From: Neocallimastix sp. 'constans'
Lineage: Eukaryota
Assembly (NCBI GenBank): GCA_050613775.1
Contig: JBODTK010000122.1
Coordinates: forward strand, 1-64,000
Direction: 5' to 3'
DNA: 64,000 nt
Shown here one piece after another: positions 15,096 through 26,434 of the stretch; positions within the stretch are counted from its first letter, which is position 1; every line of letters starts with the position of its first letter. The notes below the pieces were generated by a model that did no database searches, had not been told where the DNA came from, and was given only the letters and a program-made list of their open reading frames with translations. The translations under genes were made by a program, and so were the position numbers.

Positions 15096-15959
15096 ATGAT
15101 TTAGAATGTTTCAAATAATAACAATGAATAAAAACAAAAGAATATAAACCAAAAAAAAATAAATAAATAAAAAAAATTGAGAGCAACAATTTTTTTTTCT
15201 AATTCTATTATCATTATATAAATTAAATGATATAAAATAAAAAATAATATTAAATAATTGTCTTTTTTTTTTTTATTAATACTTTATTTTTTTGTTTTAA
15301 TTATGCTAGTTCCTTTAAGATTAAAAAAAAATAAAGATTGAATGAAAGCAAGTTAAATTCAAGAAAGAAGTATTTAAGATTAGAAAAGAAAAAAAAAGTA
15401 AAAAAATTATAATGAATATATTTTTTTTTATAAAGAAAATGTTTTTTTTATATTTTTTAACAAAAGAATGTTAAATAAAATGATAGATTTATTTACACAA
15501 TATAATTAATTTTATACCCTAAAGTAGAAAAGTTTTTCCAGAGAAAAAAATAAATAAAATTAAATTAAAAAAATTTTTAAAATATAAAATAATGAAAAAA
15601 TAATAAAAATAAAGCTTAATAAAAAAAAAAAATTAATAAATGCAAATAAAATAGAATAAATAAATAAAAAATAATTTTTTTTAAAAAAAGAAAAAAGTTT
15701 AAAATTTGGAAATATTTTTTATTGTGTGTTGTGTTGTATATATATATAAATAATAAAAAAATTTGTAAATTATTTATTATTAGTTTCTTATATAACCGAT
15801 TATGATATAATTAATTATTTAGGTAATTATTATATTGTAAGAATATGATGGGAAAGAATTAATTAATGATTTATCTATTGATATTAAATCATAATATATA
15901 CTTGGGTTCTGAAGGTATCAGCAAATAGTATAATAAAAAAATCTAAATTACTTTTCAAT

Positions 15960-17489
15960 TATTGTCCATTATCTCCGATCTTATTCAATTTATTCATCAA
16001 TGATATATTAAATGACTGTGAAAAGTATGGTGTTAATATTGGAAGAAAAAAGTGTTGTGGTGGACTCTTTGCTGATGATGTTGTTCTCATTGCTCCAAGT
16101 GCATAAAATTTAGAAAAATTACTAAAAAAGGTACATAGATGGGCTAATTTAAATGAAATGACTTTTTAGAAAAATTACTAAAAAAGGTACTAATACTGGT
16201 CTATTTTGGTGTATCGGCTCCTTCTCTAAAAATGGTAAAACAAGTTCAGAAGACAATGACTATATTAGACATAATTCTACTATGAGTACTTATGCTTTAT
16301 CTCGAGATCTAAGCATTCCTCCTATTGCTGGTGTCTGCGCAGCCTTACAGATTAAATCATTTGCAAAATGGAGTAAATCAAACTGTATTATAAAGGATCT
16401 TATTAAATCTATTCCCAAAATGCATCATTATTCCTGGACTAAAGAATCTAGAACACTGTATAAAAAAATCAAAAAATATAAATGTGAAAAATATGACGAT
16501 ATTTTAGAACGTTACTGGAAATCAGTTGCCAAATTTCAAGGTATTAAAGGTCAAAATTAAGATCGCAATAAGTTCTCAAACAATAAAGCTATAATTATGC
16601 TTGGTTTAAAATATCCCCAATTCAACTTAGGGTTTTCGTGGATTATACGTTTACGCTGTGGTTATAAATACAATAGTACTATTGCTATTAGAATGGGTAG
16701 AGTTTCAGAAGATTGTCCCAAGTATTGCCCTGTTGTGGCTAAGATAAACAATCTTTTGAACATTGGATTTTTAAATGCGATGCTCTTGCATCTTTTAGAT
16801 GGAATTCTTTAAATTTCATCGATGATCTCTATGTTTTATTCCTTAGGAAGATTAGAGCGTTTAATCCTCTTTCTTCCTATGACTCTATTTCCAATTTTGA
16901 AGATTATATCAATCATTATATATACTTGTTCCTTCTTGGTGGGACTTTAGTTTTAAATGAGCTACATTTCGATAGTGGGGAATAGAGACAATTAAATGAA
17001 CTACTTTTCAAAGGTTCATCTGAGTCACCTGTTCCAAAAATTGTGGGCTTGGCGGAATTCTTAACAAGTGTAATACCTATCATTAGTAGTTCGTTTGAGC
17101 TATTATTTGATAGGTATTGCAAAATATCAAACTTAACCAAGAGCGTCGACGTCGTACTGATAAGGCATAATGATAATACAGGATCGTCATCTATTGCTAC
17201 GAAGGATGAATCTTGCCCTAGTAGTTCAATAAATGATGAATCCGGGGAGAGTTTAGTGGACACCACACTATCTATTTTAAAGATGTTACTTCTAGATTTT
17301 ATTTCTTTTTTATTTGATAGGAAGGGAAAAATTCCCGCATAGTACAACTTGCCGAAATACATAGTAATTTCGAGCTTTTTATTTTTTTATTTTTTAATTT
17401 TTTATTTTTAATTTCAAATGTACTTTTCACCTACATGTATTTTTTAAAATAAAATTTAATAAAGTTTTGGAAGTGTATTCTCTTCCCTG

Positions 17490-17532
<43 letters not shown>
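15960..17532 (+). mobile_element. 5'-truncated, degenerate non-LTR retrotransposon (family A): end of RT (CPLSPILFN, FADD), C-terminal domain, 3' UTR and poly(A)
   Basis: Near-identical to 60517-62400 on the minus strand; contains stops and frameshifts; AATAAA at ~17459; poly(A) 17493-17532. Confidence 0.93.
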
Positions 17533-17534
<2 letters not shown>

Positions 17535-17678
17535 ATTTATTACTATTTTTACTTTAAATTATAATATTATTATGTAATAAACGAATTATCTAAATATTAT
17601 GTTAATAATGTTTATAAATTTGAATTTTATTTATTTTTTTTATCGGTATTTTCGTTCACACCAATAACATCATTTCCC

Positions 17679-17940
17679 CAATGAAGTGGACTGTTTTTCC
17701 AGGTCCATGGAGGGTTGATGGAAAAGGAATAACCTATATCAGGTGTACTAATTACAGCTTTCTGTGATTCTGATGATAATCAATGGTTATCCTTTCTAAA
17801 GTGGCTTCTAGTACGAAGAGAGAAATCTGGAATACTGGAAGACTGTAGAAAGTGAACTTGACGTTCTATAATGTCTTAAACTGAATATGTAGTAACATTG
17901 GAGTTGTATAATTAATAATATCATGTAGTTTCTACATATT
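17679..17940. repeat. ~260-bp dispersed repeat, copy 1 (copy 2 at 23957-24218), upstream of the LINE-B ORF
   Basis: About 16 substitutions and no obvious gaps versus 23957-24218 by manual comparison. Confidence 0.9.
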
Positions 17941-18224
17941 ATCATTGTAATGAATCTATTGTATTTTTTACTTTAGCATTATTTTGTATATGTTTTTTTC
18001 TATAGTATTATTTATACTCTCATGTAGCTATTGTAAAATGGAAATGTAGGAGATTGATTCACTCCAAAGCTTGTGCTTGAGACATTATTTAACGGATGGG
18101 AATCTTTTTATAGTTTTTCACAACTATTATTTCATTAACATTTAAATTTTATATTATATATGAATATTTTACAGAAATTTTTACATAAAACAGGAATTTA
18201 TAATTGAAAATCATTAATTAAAAA

Positions 18225-21200
18225 CTAGTCAACACAAAAAGAAAGAAAAACAAACAAGTTTTAGCAAACAATATACACGAAAGAGAAGACAACAGCAATA
18301 AATTTTTATTTTTTTTAATTTTTTAATTTTTTACTAATTTTATTTTTTTATTTTTATATTACACTTACCTTTTATTAATATAGATAAGTTTTTTATTTTA
18401 TTATGTCAACTATACGAAGAGGTCAGCGACTTTATGGTCCTGACCATGATAAATTTGTTTTAATTTTCATTCATGATCTTGAATCTTGGACTGAAAGTAG
18501 ACTATGGGAATTTTTAAGCAAAAAGATATCAAATTGTAATGAAGTTGTTCATGGAATCGTTAAAAAACACTATATTAATATGGAAAACTACTTCATCCTA
18601 AGAGTTAACTATAATAATTATACGGATTATTTGAAGGTTATTTATTTGATTACTAAGCACTTACCTGTTAAAAGAATAAAATGGAAGATTACTTCAAGGA
18701 TACGCACATTTAGCAATGTTAATCATAATAGAACCAGGTATTATTCTGAACCCTCAATCCCCATCTCTGAAAGCCTCCTGTATGCTAACCCTTTCTCGAA
18801 TACTAAATATTTCAACCTCTGTATTAGCTGGAACATAAATGGTTGGAATTCTGAAAAACGTGACGGACTTACCAATTTTAATTCAATCTTTAATCCTATT
18901 TGTATTTGTCTTCAAGAAGTCGGTAATAGTTCATTCCTTAACTCCTTTTCTAACTCATATCCATTCCTTAATCATTATAGAACAGTACTGAGACGTGCGG
19001 ACAAAAAAATCCCTGGTATGAGGGGCCTTTATATAGGTGTGCACTCCTCCTGCCAATTCACTAATGATGATTTTGAATATAAATATATACTCTCAGTAAA
19101 TATATTCTCTTTTTGGGGTGTCAGATGTTCTTTAGGGAACATTTACATCCCTAGCAAAAAACACAAAGACTCTAGAGAAAAAGCGGAAACTGATTTTGCT
19201 AATTGGCTCAAGAACCATAAGAATAACCCTTCGGCTATTGTTGGTGATTTCAACATGACTAAGCAACAACTCAAAGATCTTATTCTTAGAATTTCCCCTC
19301 AATGGTTTGTTATGGATATGGTTGGTCATCAATTTACTTGGTCTAATGGTGGAAAGAATTCTTGTATTGATTTTATAGTAGTGAACGATAAATTAAGAAA
19401 TTATCTGAATATTGCTTCTGTATGCTACTCTTTTAATGACATCTCTGACCATTTACCACTTATTCTTTCTTGTAAAAAAATATCTCCTGATGGTTTTGTT
19501 ACTCCCCCTCGGGATAAACAAATTAAGTGGTCTAATCGAATTTGTAGGGATAAACGTGAAGCAATCTTCTCTCATAATAAATTCACATGTTTACTGGATG
19601 AATTTGAACATAATGATAATCTAGACTCTAATACAATGGTTAAAAAACTTCTTGACACAGCAAATAAAATAGGCGATGACATTCATGCAAGAGTTCCTAC
19701 AAATTTACAGGGTTCAGCGTTCCATTGTCCTGCTTATATTAAGAAATTATCACATGAAAAACATTTATTTTATAAAAGGATTAAAAATTTTAAACTTCGT
19801 AATGATTTGTCAAATCTTCAAGAATTTTGTGATCTCTCAAAAGAATATAGAGTTCTTTCTGATTATATCATTAGTATTAAAAGAAATATTAGGAATATTA
19901 GATTTAAAAATTTGATTCATTCCATCGGCGAATGTTTCTTAAAAAATGATGCCCAGCGTGGTTGGTCTGGACTTAAGAAAATTTCTAAACCTTCTTACTC
20001 TCCTTCCCAATCACCTGTATACATTAAAGATAAAGAAGGTAATGTTCTAGTATCCCAAGAAGATCAACTCAATCGTTTTGCAGAACACTATGAAGAACTT
20101 GCTTCTGATATAACTGGTCACAGTCTTAATGAAAATTATTGGAAAAGAATACTTAATAATTCTTCTACTCCTCAGGAATCATGGGATATTAATCAACCTA
20201 TTTCCATGTCAGAAATTCATTCAACTGTTCTTTCAATGAAAAATAACAAAGCACCTGGTCCTGATGGTGTACCTACAGAATTTTTTAAAGCATTTTTTAA
20301 TTCTGAGAGTAGAAATTCTTCTCAGGATGACTCTAATCAAGAGGTTACTTATTCCGATTGTGCAAAGTGTCTGTTATTACTTTTTAATAAAATTTGGGAT
20401 GGTGACTTTCCTAATGAATGGAACTCTGCTTCTATTGTTTCTATTCCTAAAAAAGGGGATCTTTCAGATTGTAATAATTATCGTGGTATTTCACTCATCA
20501 ATGTAGGTTTAAAAATTCTATCAAAAATTGTCACTAAAAGAATATCGGACTATGCTTTTTCTAATGGAATAATTAGACCAGAACAGTTTGGTTTTAGAAA
20601 TAAAGAAGAATGTATTAGTTTATTTGTATCCATTCGTGAAATTTGTCAAAGAAGAAAATTTAAGGATAAATTTACCTTTCTTGCCTTTCTTGACCTTAAA
20701 AAAGCTTATGATTCAGTTCCAATTTACAATATACTTACTAAACTAAATTATCTTGGTATTCGTGGTAAATGCCTTCAATTCATTACTAATCTATACCTTA
20801 CCTCGAAAGCTTGTGCAAACTTTAATGGTAAACTTTCAAAAGAATTTCCAATACACCGTGGTGTTCGCCAAGGGTGTCCTCTCTCTCCTATTTTATTCAA
20901 TATATTTATCAATGATATTTTTGATAAATGTAAAAGTTATGGTGTGATTACTGAAAAGAAAAAGTGTTGTGGTGGATTATTTGCTGATGATATTGTATTA
21001 TTAGCTCCTACAAAATCTTCACTTAAAAACCTTTTGAATATTGCTCATGATTGGGGTATTAAAAATGAAATGACCTTTGGAATCAATAAATGCGCTACAC
21101 TAGTTGTTAAACCAAAGAATTTTATACCTTCAAGACATTATGAAAATCCTACTTTTAGACTTGGTATGAACTATATACCAAGCACTAATCAATATACATA

Positions 21201-22585
21201 TCTTGGTATACCTTTTAATGAATCGTTGGATTGAAAACCTATTATTGCTAAGATGAATAGTAAAATTAATTATACAGTTAACTCTTTCTTTAGTTTTTTA
21301 ACCAATAGGAATGTTCCTTTCTACTTTAAAACTCGTATACTAGTTTCTTTTGTCCTTAGTTCAGTTCTTTATTATGCTCCCTTACTTGGTTCAAATAAAA
21401 AGAATACTGAAAAAGCTCAAACTGCTTTTAATCGAGGTTTGTACTGGAGCTTCGGGTTTAAAAATAAAACCTCCAATACTTCAATTTACAATATGTCTAA
21501 GGAACTTTCTATACCTCCTATATCTAGTTTTTGTGCTAAGGCGATGATTCGATGCTTTAAAAAGTGGAAAGATTCTTCTTGTATTATTTCTCATTTAGTC
21601 AAAAATATACCTACACTTTCTCACTATTCTTGGACGAAAAAAGCACGGAGTTTAGCAGTACACAAGCACAATAATAAACTTCCTGGAGAAATAAGGAAGT
21701 TTTACTGGGAAAATATTCATTATTCAAGCACTCCTGCGATCAGATCTACAAAATACAAGAAATTTAAATTTGGTTTTAAAAAATTTATTCAACGTCTATC
21801 ACTTAAATATTCACAATTTTCTCTTGGATTTTTTTGGATTGGACGAATTAAATGTGGATTCAAATTTGATGTAAAAACGTATGTTAAAAGTAATCTAGTA
21901 TCAGAAAATTGCCCAACATACTGCCCTTGTTGTGGTGAGAGTAACAGCATACCTAGTTTTACACACTGGATACTTTTATGTCCTAAATTTGAAGAATTTA
22001 GGCAACATTTCATTCCCTTTGTTGATGAAATTTTTATTAATTTTTTTCTTATTGTTCATGAGAAATCATTGAACATTCCTGATGATAAAGAGGAAGATTT
22101 TGATGATAATATCAATTTTTACGTGCTGTGTCTCCTTCTTGGCGGAAATGCAGTATTTGAAATCTTAAAGATCGGCTCGGGGGAAAGAAGGCGATATATT
22201 AATAATATTTTTCAATCACCTTCGAACGAGTCTTCTTTCCCGATTTCATATTTTGTGGAGCTTGCGGAATTCCTTACTAACGTTATGCCTATTGTGATTG
22301 GTGATTTTTACACCATGATCGATTTGTATAGTGTTAGACCTACCGTTGTCAAGAGCGTCGACGTCGTAACGATAAGGCAAAGAAGAAATTCTGATACAGA
22401 TTCGAATGATAATTTTCATCCACATGGAGTTATCTTCGATGAATGGGAAGAGTTAGAGGCCATTTCGTCCTCGAATCTCATAACGTAGTTTTTTAATATT
22501 AATATAAAAAAAAATAATTTTCATGTATTTAAACTTCATGTATTTTTTAAAAAAAAAAATATTATTAAATAAAGTTTATTCCTAG

Positions 22586-22620
<35 letters not shown>
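18225..22620 (+). mobile_element. Near-full-length single-ORF non-LTR retrotransposon (family B), APE-RT-CCHC, with poly(A) tail; 5' boundary uncertain (may extend to ~17680)
   Basis: ORF 18403-22488, 3' UTR with AATAAA, poly(A) 22589-22620. Confidence 0.92.
18403..22488 (+). pseudogene. LINE-B polyprotein (~1361 codons): N-terminal extension, apurinic-like endonuclease, reverse transcriptase, C-terminal Cys/His knuckle; one in-frame TGA at 21232-21234
   Basis: APE motifs SWNING, CLQEV, VGDFN, CIDFI, SDHLP; RT motifs KAPGPDG, YRGISL, FLDLKKAYDSV, GVRQGCPLSP, FADD, YLGI; CPCC..HWILLC. ORFs 18403-21234 and 21253-22488 are in the same frame. Confidence 0.92.
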
Positions 22621-22622
<2 letters not shown>

Positions 22623-23900
22623 AATATGGACTTAAAATAATTTTATTAGGTCAAAGCAATTTGGATTTCGTACAAAAGAAGAATGTGTTAGTTTATTTAT
22701 TTCAATTCGAGAAATTTGTCAAAGGCGTAAAAATGATAATAAAGAAACTTACCTTGCTTTTCTGGATTTAAAAAAGGCATATGATTCTGTTCCAATAGGT
22801 AATATTTTATATAAATTAGAAGCTTTAGGTATTAGAGGTAAATGTTATCAATTTATAAAAAATCTATATATGACTTCCAAAGCCAGTGTTAAAATTGATG
22901 ATCAATATTCGGAATCTTTTAATATTATGAAAGGAGTTAGACAAGGTTGTCCACTATCACCAATTCTTTTCAATCTTTTTATTAATGACATTTTTAATGA
23001 TGTTTCAGAACTTGGAATTCCTTTAGGCCAATCTAGATGTTACTAAAGCTTTCTTTTCTGTTAGTAAATTTCTTTCAAATTCCAAAATTCCTATTCCATT
23101 TAAGAAGATTATAATTAACTCTTATGTACTTAGTAAAGTCTCTTTCTTTGCACCTTTACTTGGTTCAAATAAAACTAGAACAAATAATACTCAGAAATTA
23201 ATTAATAAAGGATTAAGATGGATTGCAGGTTTACAAAAAGCCAAATCATTTATTAATGTATATTCTATTTCAAAAGATTTAAATATTCCTCCATTGTCAG
23301 CTAAGTGTGCTTTGTCTCAAGTCAAATGTTTTGATAAATGGAAAGATTCAAATTGTATTATTTCCTATTTAGTTAATAATATTCCAAAAATCTTGAAAAT
23401 ATACATGGACAAAAGAAAGTAGAACTCTTAAACGTAAACTAGAGAAAAGAGGTAATAACGATAATAAAATCAAGGATCTTTATTGGAAAAGAGATATGAA
23501 AATCAATTCTATTAAAGCTGAGTTTTATGACAAAAACAAATTCGAAGAAACATCAAAATTTATAAAACTTTGTTATGAATATCCTGATCTTTCATATGGT
23601 TTCTATTGGCTATTGAGAGCACGAAGCGGATATAGATTAGATGCTAGAATTGCTAAAGCTTTAAAAAATAATAGATCAAATGTATCCTAATTTTTGTCCC
23701 TGTTGTAAAAGTAATAAACAATGGATAAGTCATTGGTTAACTGATTGTCCATTTTTCAATCATATTCGTAGTAAGGTTAATGATAAAGTTTTATTTTTAT
23801 ATAATGCTTTTTACCGTGGCAACCTAACAAATGATATCGTTAATAGTAATAATGATAATAGTAATAGTAAAAAAATAATAGTATTAGTAATAATAGAGGA
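22621..23900 (+). mobile_element. Internally deleted LINE fragment (family D): RT segment followed by C-terminal domain with CPCC..HWLTDC
   Basis: Translates as QFGFRTKEECVSLFISIREICQRRK..FLDLKKAYDSV..GVRQGCPLSP, then jumps at ~23040 to the APLLGSNK region; frameshifts present. Confidence 0.88.
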
Positions 23901-23956
23901 CTTTATGGAGTAAATCAAACTATATTATAAAGGATTTTATTAAATTTATTCCCCCT

Positions 23957-24218
23957 CAATGATGTGGACTGTTTTTCCAGGTCCATGGAGGGTTGACGGA
24001 AAAGGAATAACCTATATTAGGTGTACTAATTACAGCTTTCTGTGATTCTGATGATAATCGATGATTATCCTTTCTAAAGTGGCTTCTAGTACGAAGAGAG
24101 ATAACTGAAATACTGGAAGACTGTAGAAAGTGAACCTGATATTTTATAGTGTTTTAAACTGGATATGTAGTAACATTGGAGTTGTATAATTAATAATATC
24201 ATGTAGTTTCTACGTATT
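23957..24218. repeat. ~260-bp dispersed repeat, copy 2
   Basis: Matches 17679-17940. Confidence 0.9.
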
Positions 24219-25008
24219 AAAAACCTTTTAAATAGAGCTCCCAATTGAAATATCAAAAATGAATGGACCTTTGAAATTAGTAGATGCATTACACTTGTTG
24301 TTAAACCATAGAACTTTGTACCTTCAAGATATTAAAGAAAATCCTACATATAAGCTTGGCATGAATCATCTACCAAATTACAGAACTCTATTCAATATAC
24401 ATATCTTGGAATATCTTTCAATAGAAATCATTGAATTTAGAGTCAATTAATTATTGCTAAGATGAACAAAAAATTAAATTATAAGTGAAACTCTTTCTTT
24501 AGATTTTTAACTAATAAAAACATATTTTTCTTTTTTAAAATTTTGTATTCATGTTTCCTTTTGTCATTAGTTCAGTTCTATTGTACTACTTTTAATAGAG
24601 AGTTGTTTTGGAGTTTTAGAATTAAAAATAAGACTGCCAATACTATTATTTATAATATGTTCAAGGAACTATTTAAACTTCCTAGTGCTTATGGTGATGT
24701 GATGATTCGATACTTTAAATAGTGAAGAAAAAGTCTTTTTATATTATTTCTCATTTAATCAAAAATATGCCAATATTTTCACATTATTCATGAAACCAAA
24801 AAAAAAAAAAAATTATGTGAATTAACAATACCCAAACATAATAATAGACTTCCTGTTGAAATTTGAAAGCTTTACTGAGAAAATTTTCATTATTTAGGTA
24901 CTCCTGTGATTAGATCAATGAAATACAGGAAAATTAAATTTAGTTTTAAAAAAAAAAATTCATTCAACGTCAATGTCAATATACAAAAATGTTCACAATT
25001 TTCTCTCT

Positions 25009-25053
<45 letters not shown>

Positions 25054-25259
25054 TAGGGATTGGACGAATTAAATGTAGATTCAAATTTGATGTGAAACCT
25101 TATGGTAAAAACAAACTGGTATTAGAAGATTGCCCAACATGTTGCCATTGTTCAGATGTAAATAAATAAATAACGGTATACCTAATTTTACACATTGGAT
25201 AATTTTATGTCCTAAAATTTGTGAAGCATTTAAATAGGAATTCATTCAATTTTTTGATA

Positions 25260-25296
<37 letters not shown>

Positions 25297-25325
25297 TAAT
25301 TTTCTCTGATTGTTCATGAGAAATT
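24217..25325 (+). mobile_element. Highly decayed relic related to the LINE-B 3' part (corresponds to about 21023-22065)
   Basis: Colinear segments, e.g. ENPTYKLGMN, IAKMN, GIGRIKCRFKFDVK, EDCPTCC; many indels and poly-T expansions. Confidence 0.85.
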
Positions 25326-26009
25326 ATTTTTGCTATATTATTTTACTATATCTTGTTTATTTTATTTTATTTTAATTATTGTATTTTGTTTATATATAAA
25401 AAAAATTAAATAAATTAAATAGAATTAAATAAAATACAATAATTAAAATAAATAAATATAAAATAGAAATATTAAATAAATCATAAAAATTAATGGAAAA
25501 AATAGTGGAAAAAATATTATTATTAATAATAAAAGAAATTCATTTGTCACACACAAAAAAAAAAATCATATTTATTATAATTATAAAATAAATCTATAAT
25601 TAAATGAACCATTTATAAAATAAAAAAATAATGATAAAGAAAATAAATAGGAATAATTTATATATTTATTTATATATTTTATTATTATTTTTTTTTTTCC
25701 ATATCATTGTTATTGAATTTATTTATAGTATTATTAATAGTTATTTATTATAAATAAATAAATAAATAAAAATAAATAAATATATATATATAATATATAT
25801 ATATAAATAAATGTATATATATATAAATAAATATTAATAAATAAATAAATATATATATATAATTTAATGAATTTTTTTTTTTTTTTCTATTTATTCCTAA
25901 ATGTCATCACAATGAAGAAAAAGTTATGTCATAAAAAAATTAATATTTTTAATTAATGAAAAAAAATTATTAAATAAAAAAATTATTTATTATAATTAAC
26001 TACTATTGA

Positions 26010-26126
26010 GATAAGAGAATAATACTAATAATTATTATCATGAAATTAAGATAAGAGAATAATACTAATAATTATTATCATGAAATTAAGATAAGAGAAT
26101 AATACTAATAATTATTATCATGAAAT
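26010..26126. repeat. 40-bp tandem repeat, about 3 copies (GATAAGAGAATAATACTAATAATTATTATCATGAAATTAA), followed by degenerate copies to ~26255
   Basis: Directly visible. Confidence 0.9.
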
Positions 26127-26387
26127 AATGATATAGAATAAAGTTAATTGTTATATTGAAATTTCTATATTGAATAATTCTAATAATTATTATTATGAAG
26201 TAGTGATAAAGAATAAAACTAATAAGTATTATTATGAAACAATAATATAGAATAAAATTTTAATAATATTCATTATATATATTAACTACAAATAAAATGA
26301 AAATCTATATAAATCATTAAAGTTTAAAAGACTACCTTGTATGCCTGCATAAAAATTTAAAATTAATATAGAAATTAATAAAATAAA

Positions 26388-26434
<47 letters not shown>

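Noticed and set aside
17155..17205. Hammerhead ribozyme (CTGATAAG...CGAAG)
   Set aside because: The core deviates from CUGANGA/GAAA, and CUGA is not conserved in families B (ACGA) and C (AUGA)
16916..17362. Antisense ORF at the LINE-A 3' end (also 60605-61075)
   Set aside because: Present twice only because the copies are near-identical; no motifs and not evident in family B
17770..17800. Hammerhead core CTGATGA plus stem in the 260-bp repeat
   Set aside because: No GAAA follows the stem, and stems I and III could not be built
21232..21234. Selenocysteine recoding of the LINE-B UGA via the downstream hairpin
   Set aside because: The homologous residue is Leu, not Cys, and the hairpin also occurs in family A, which lacks the UGA
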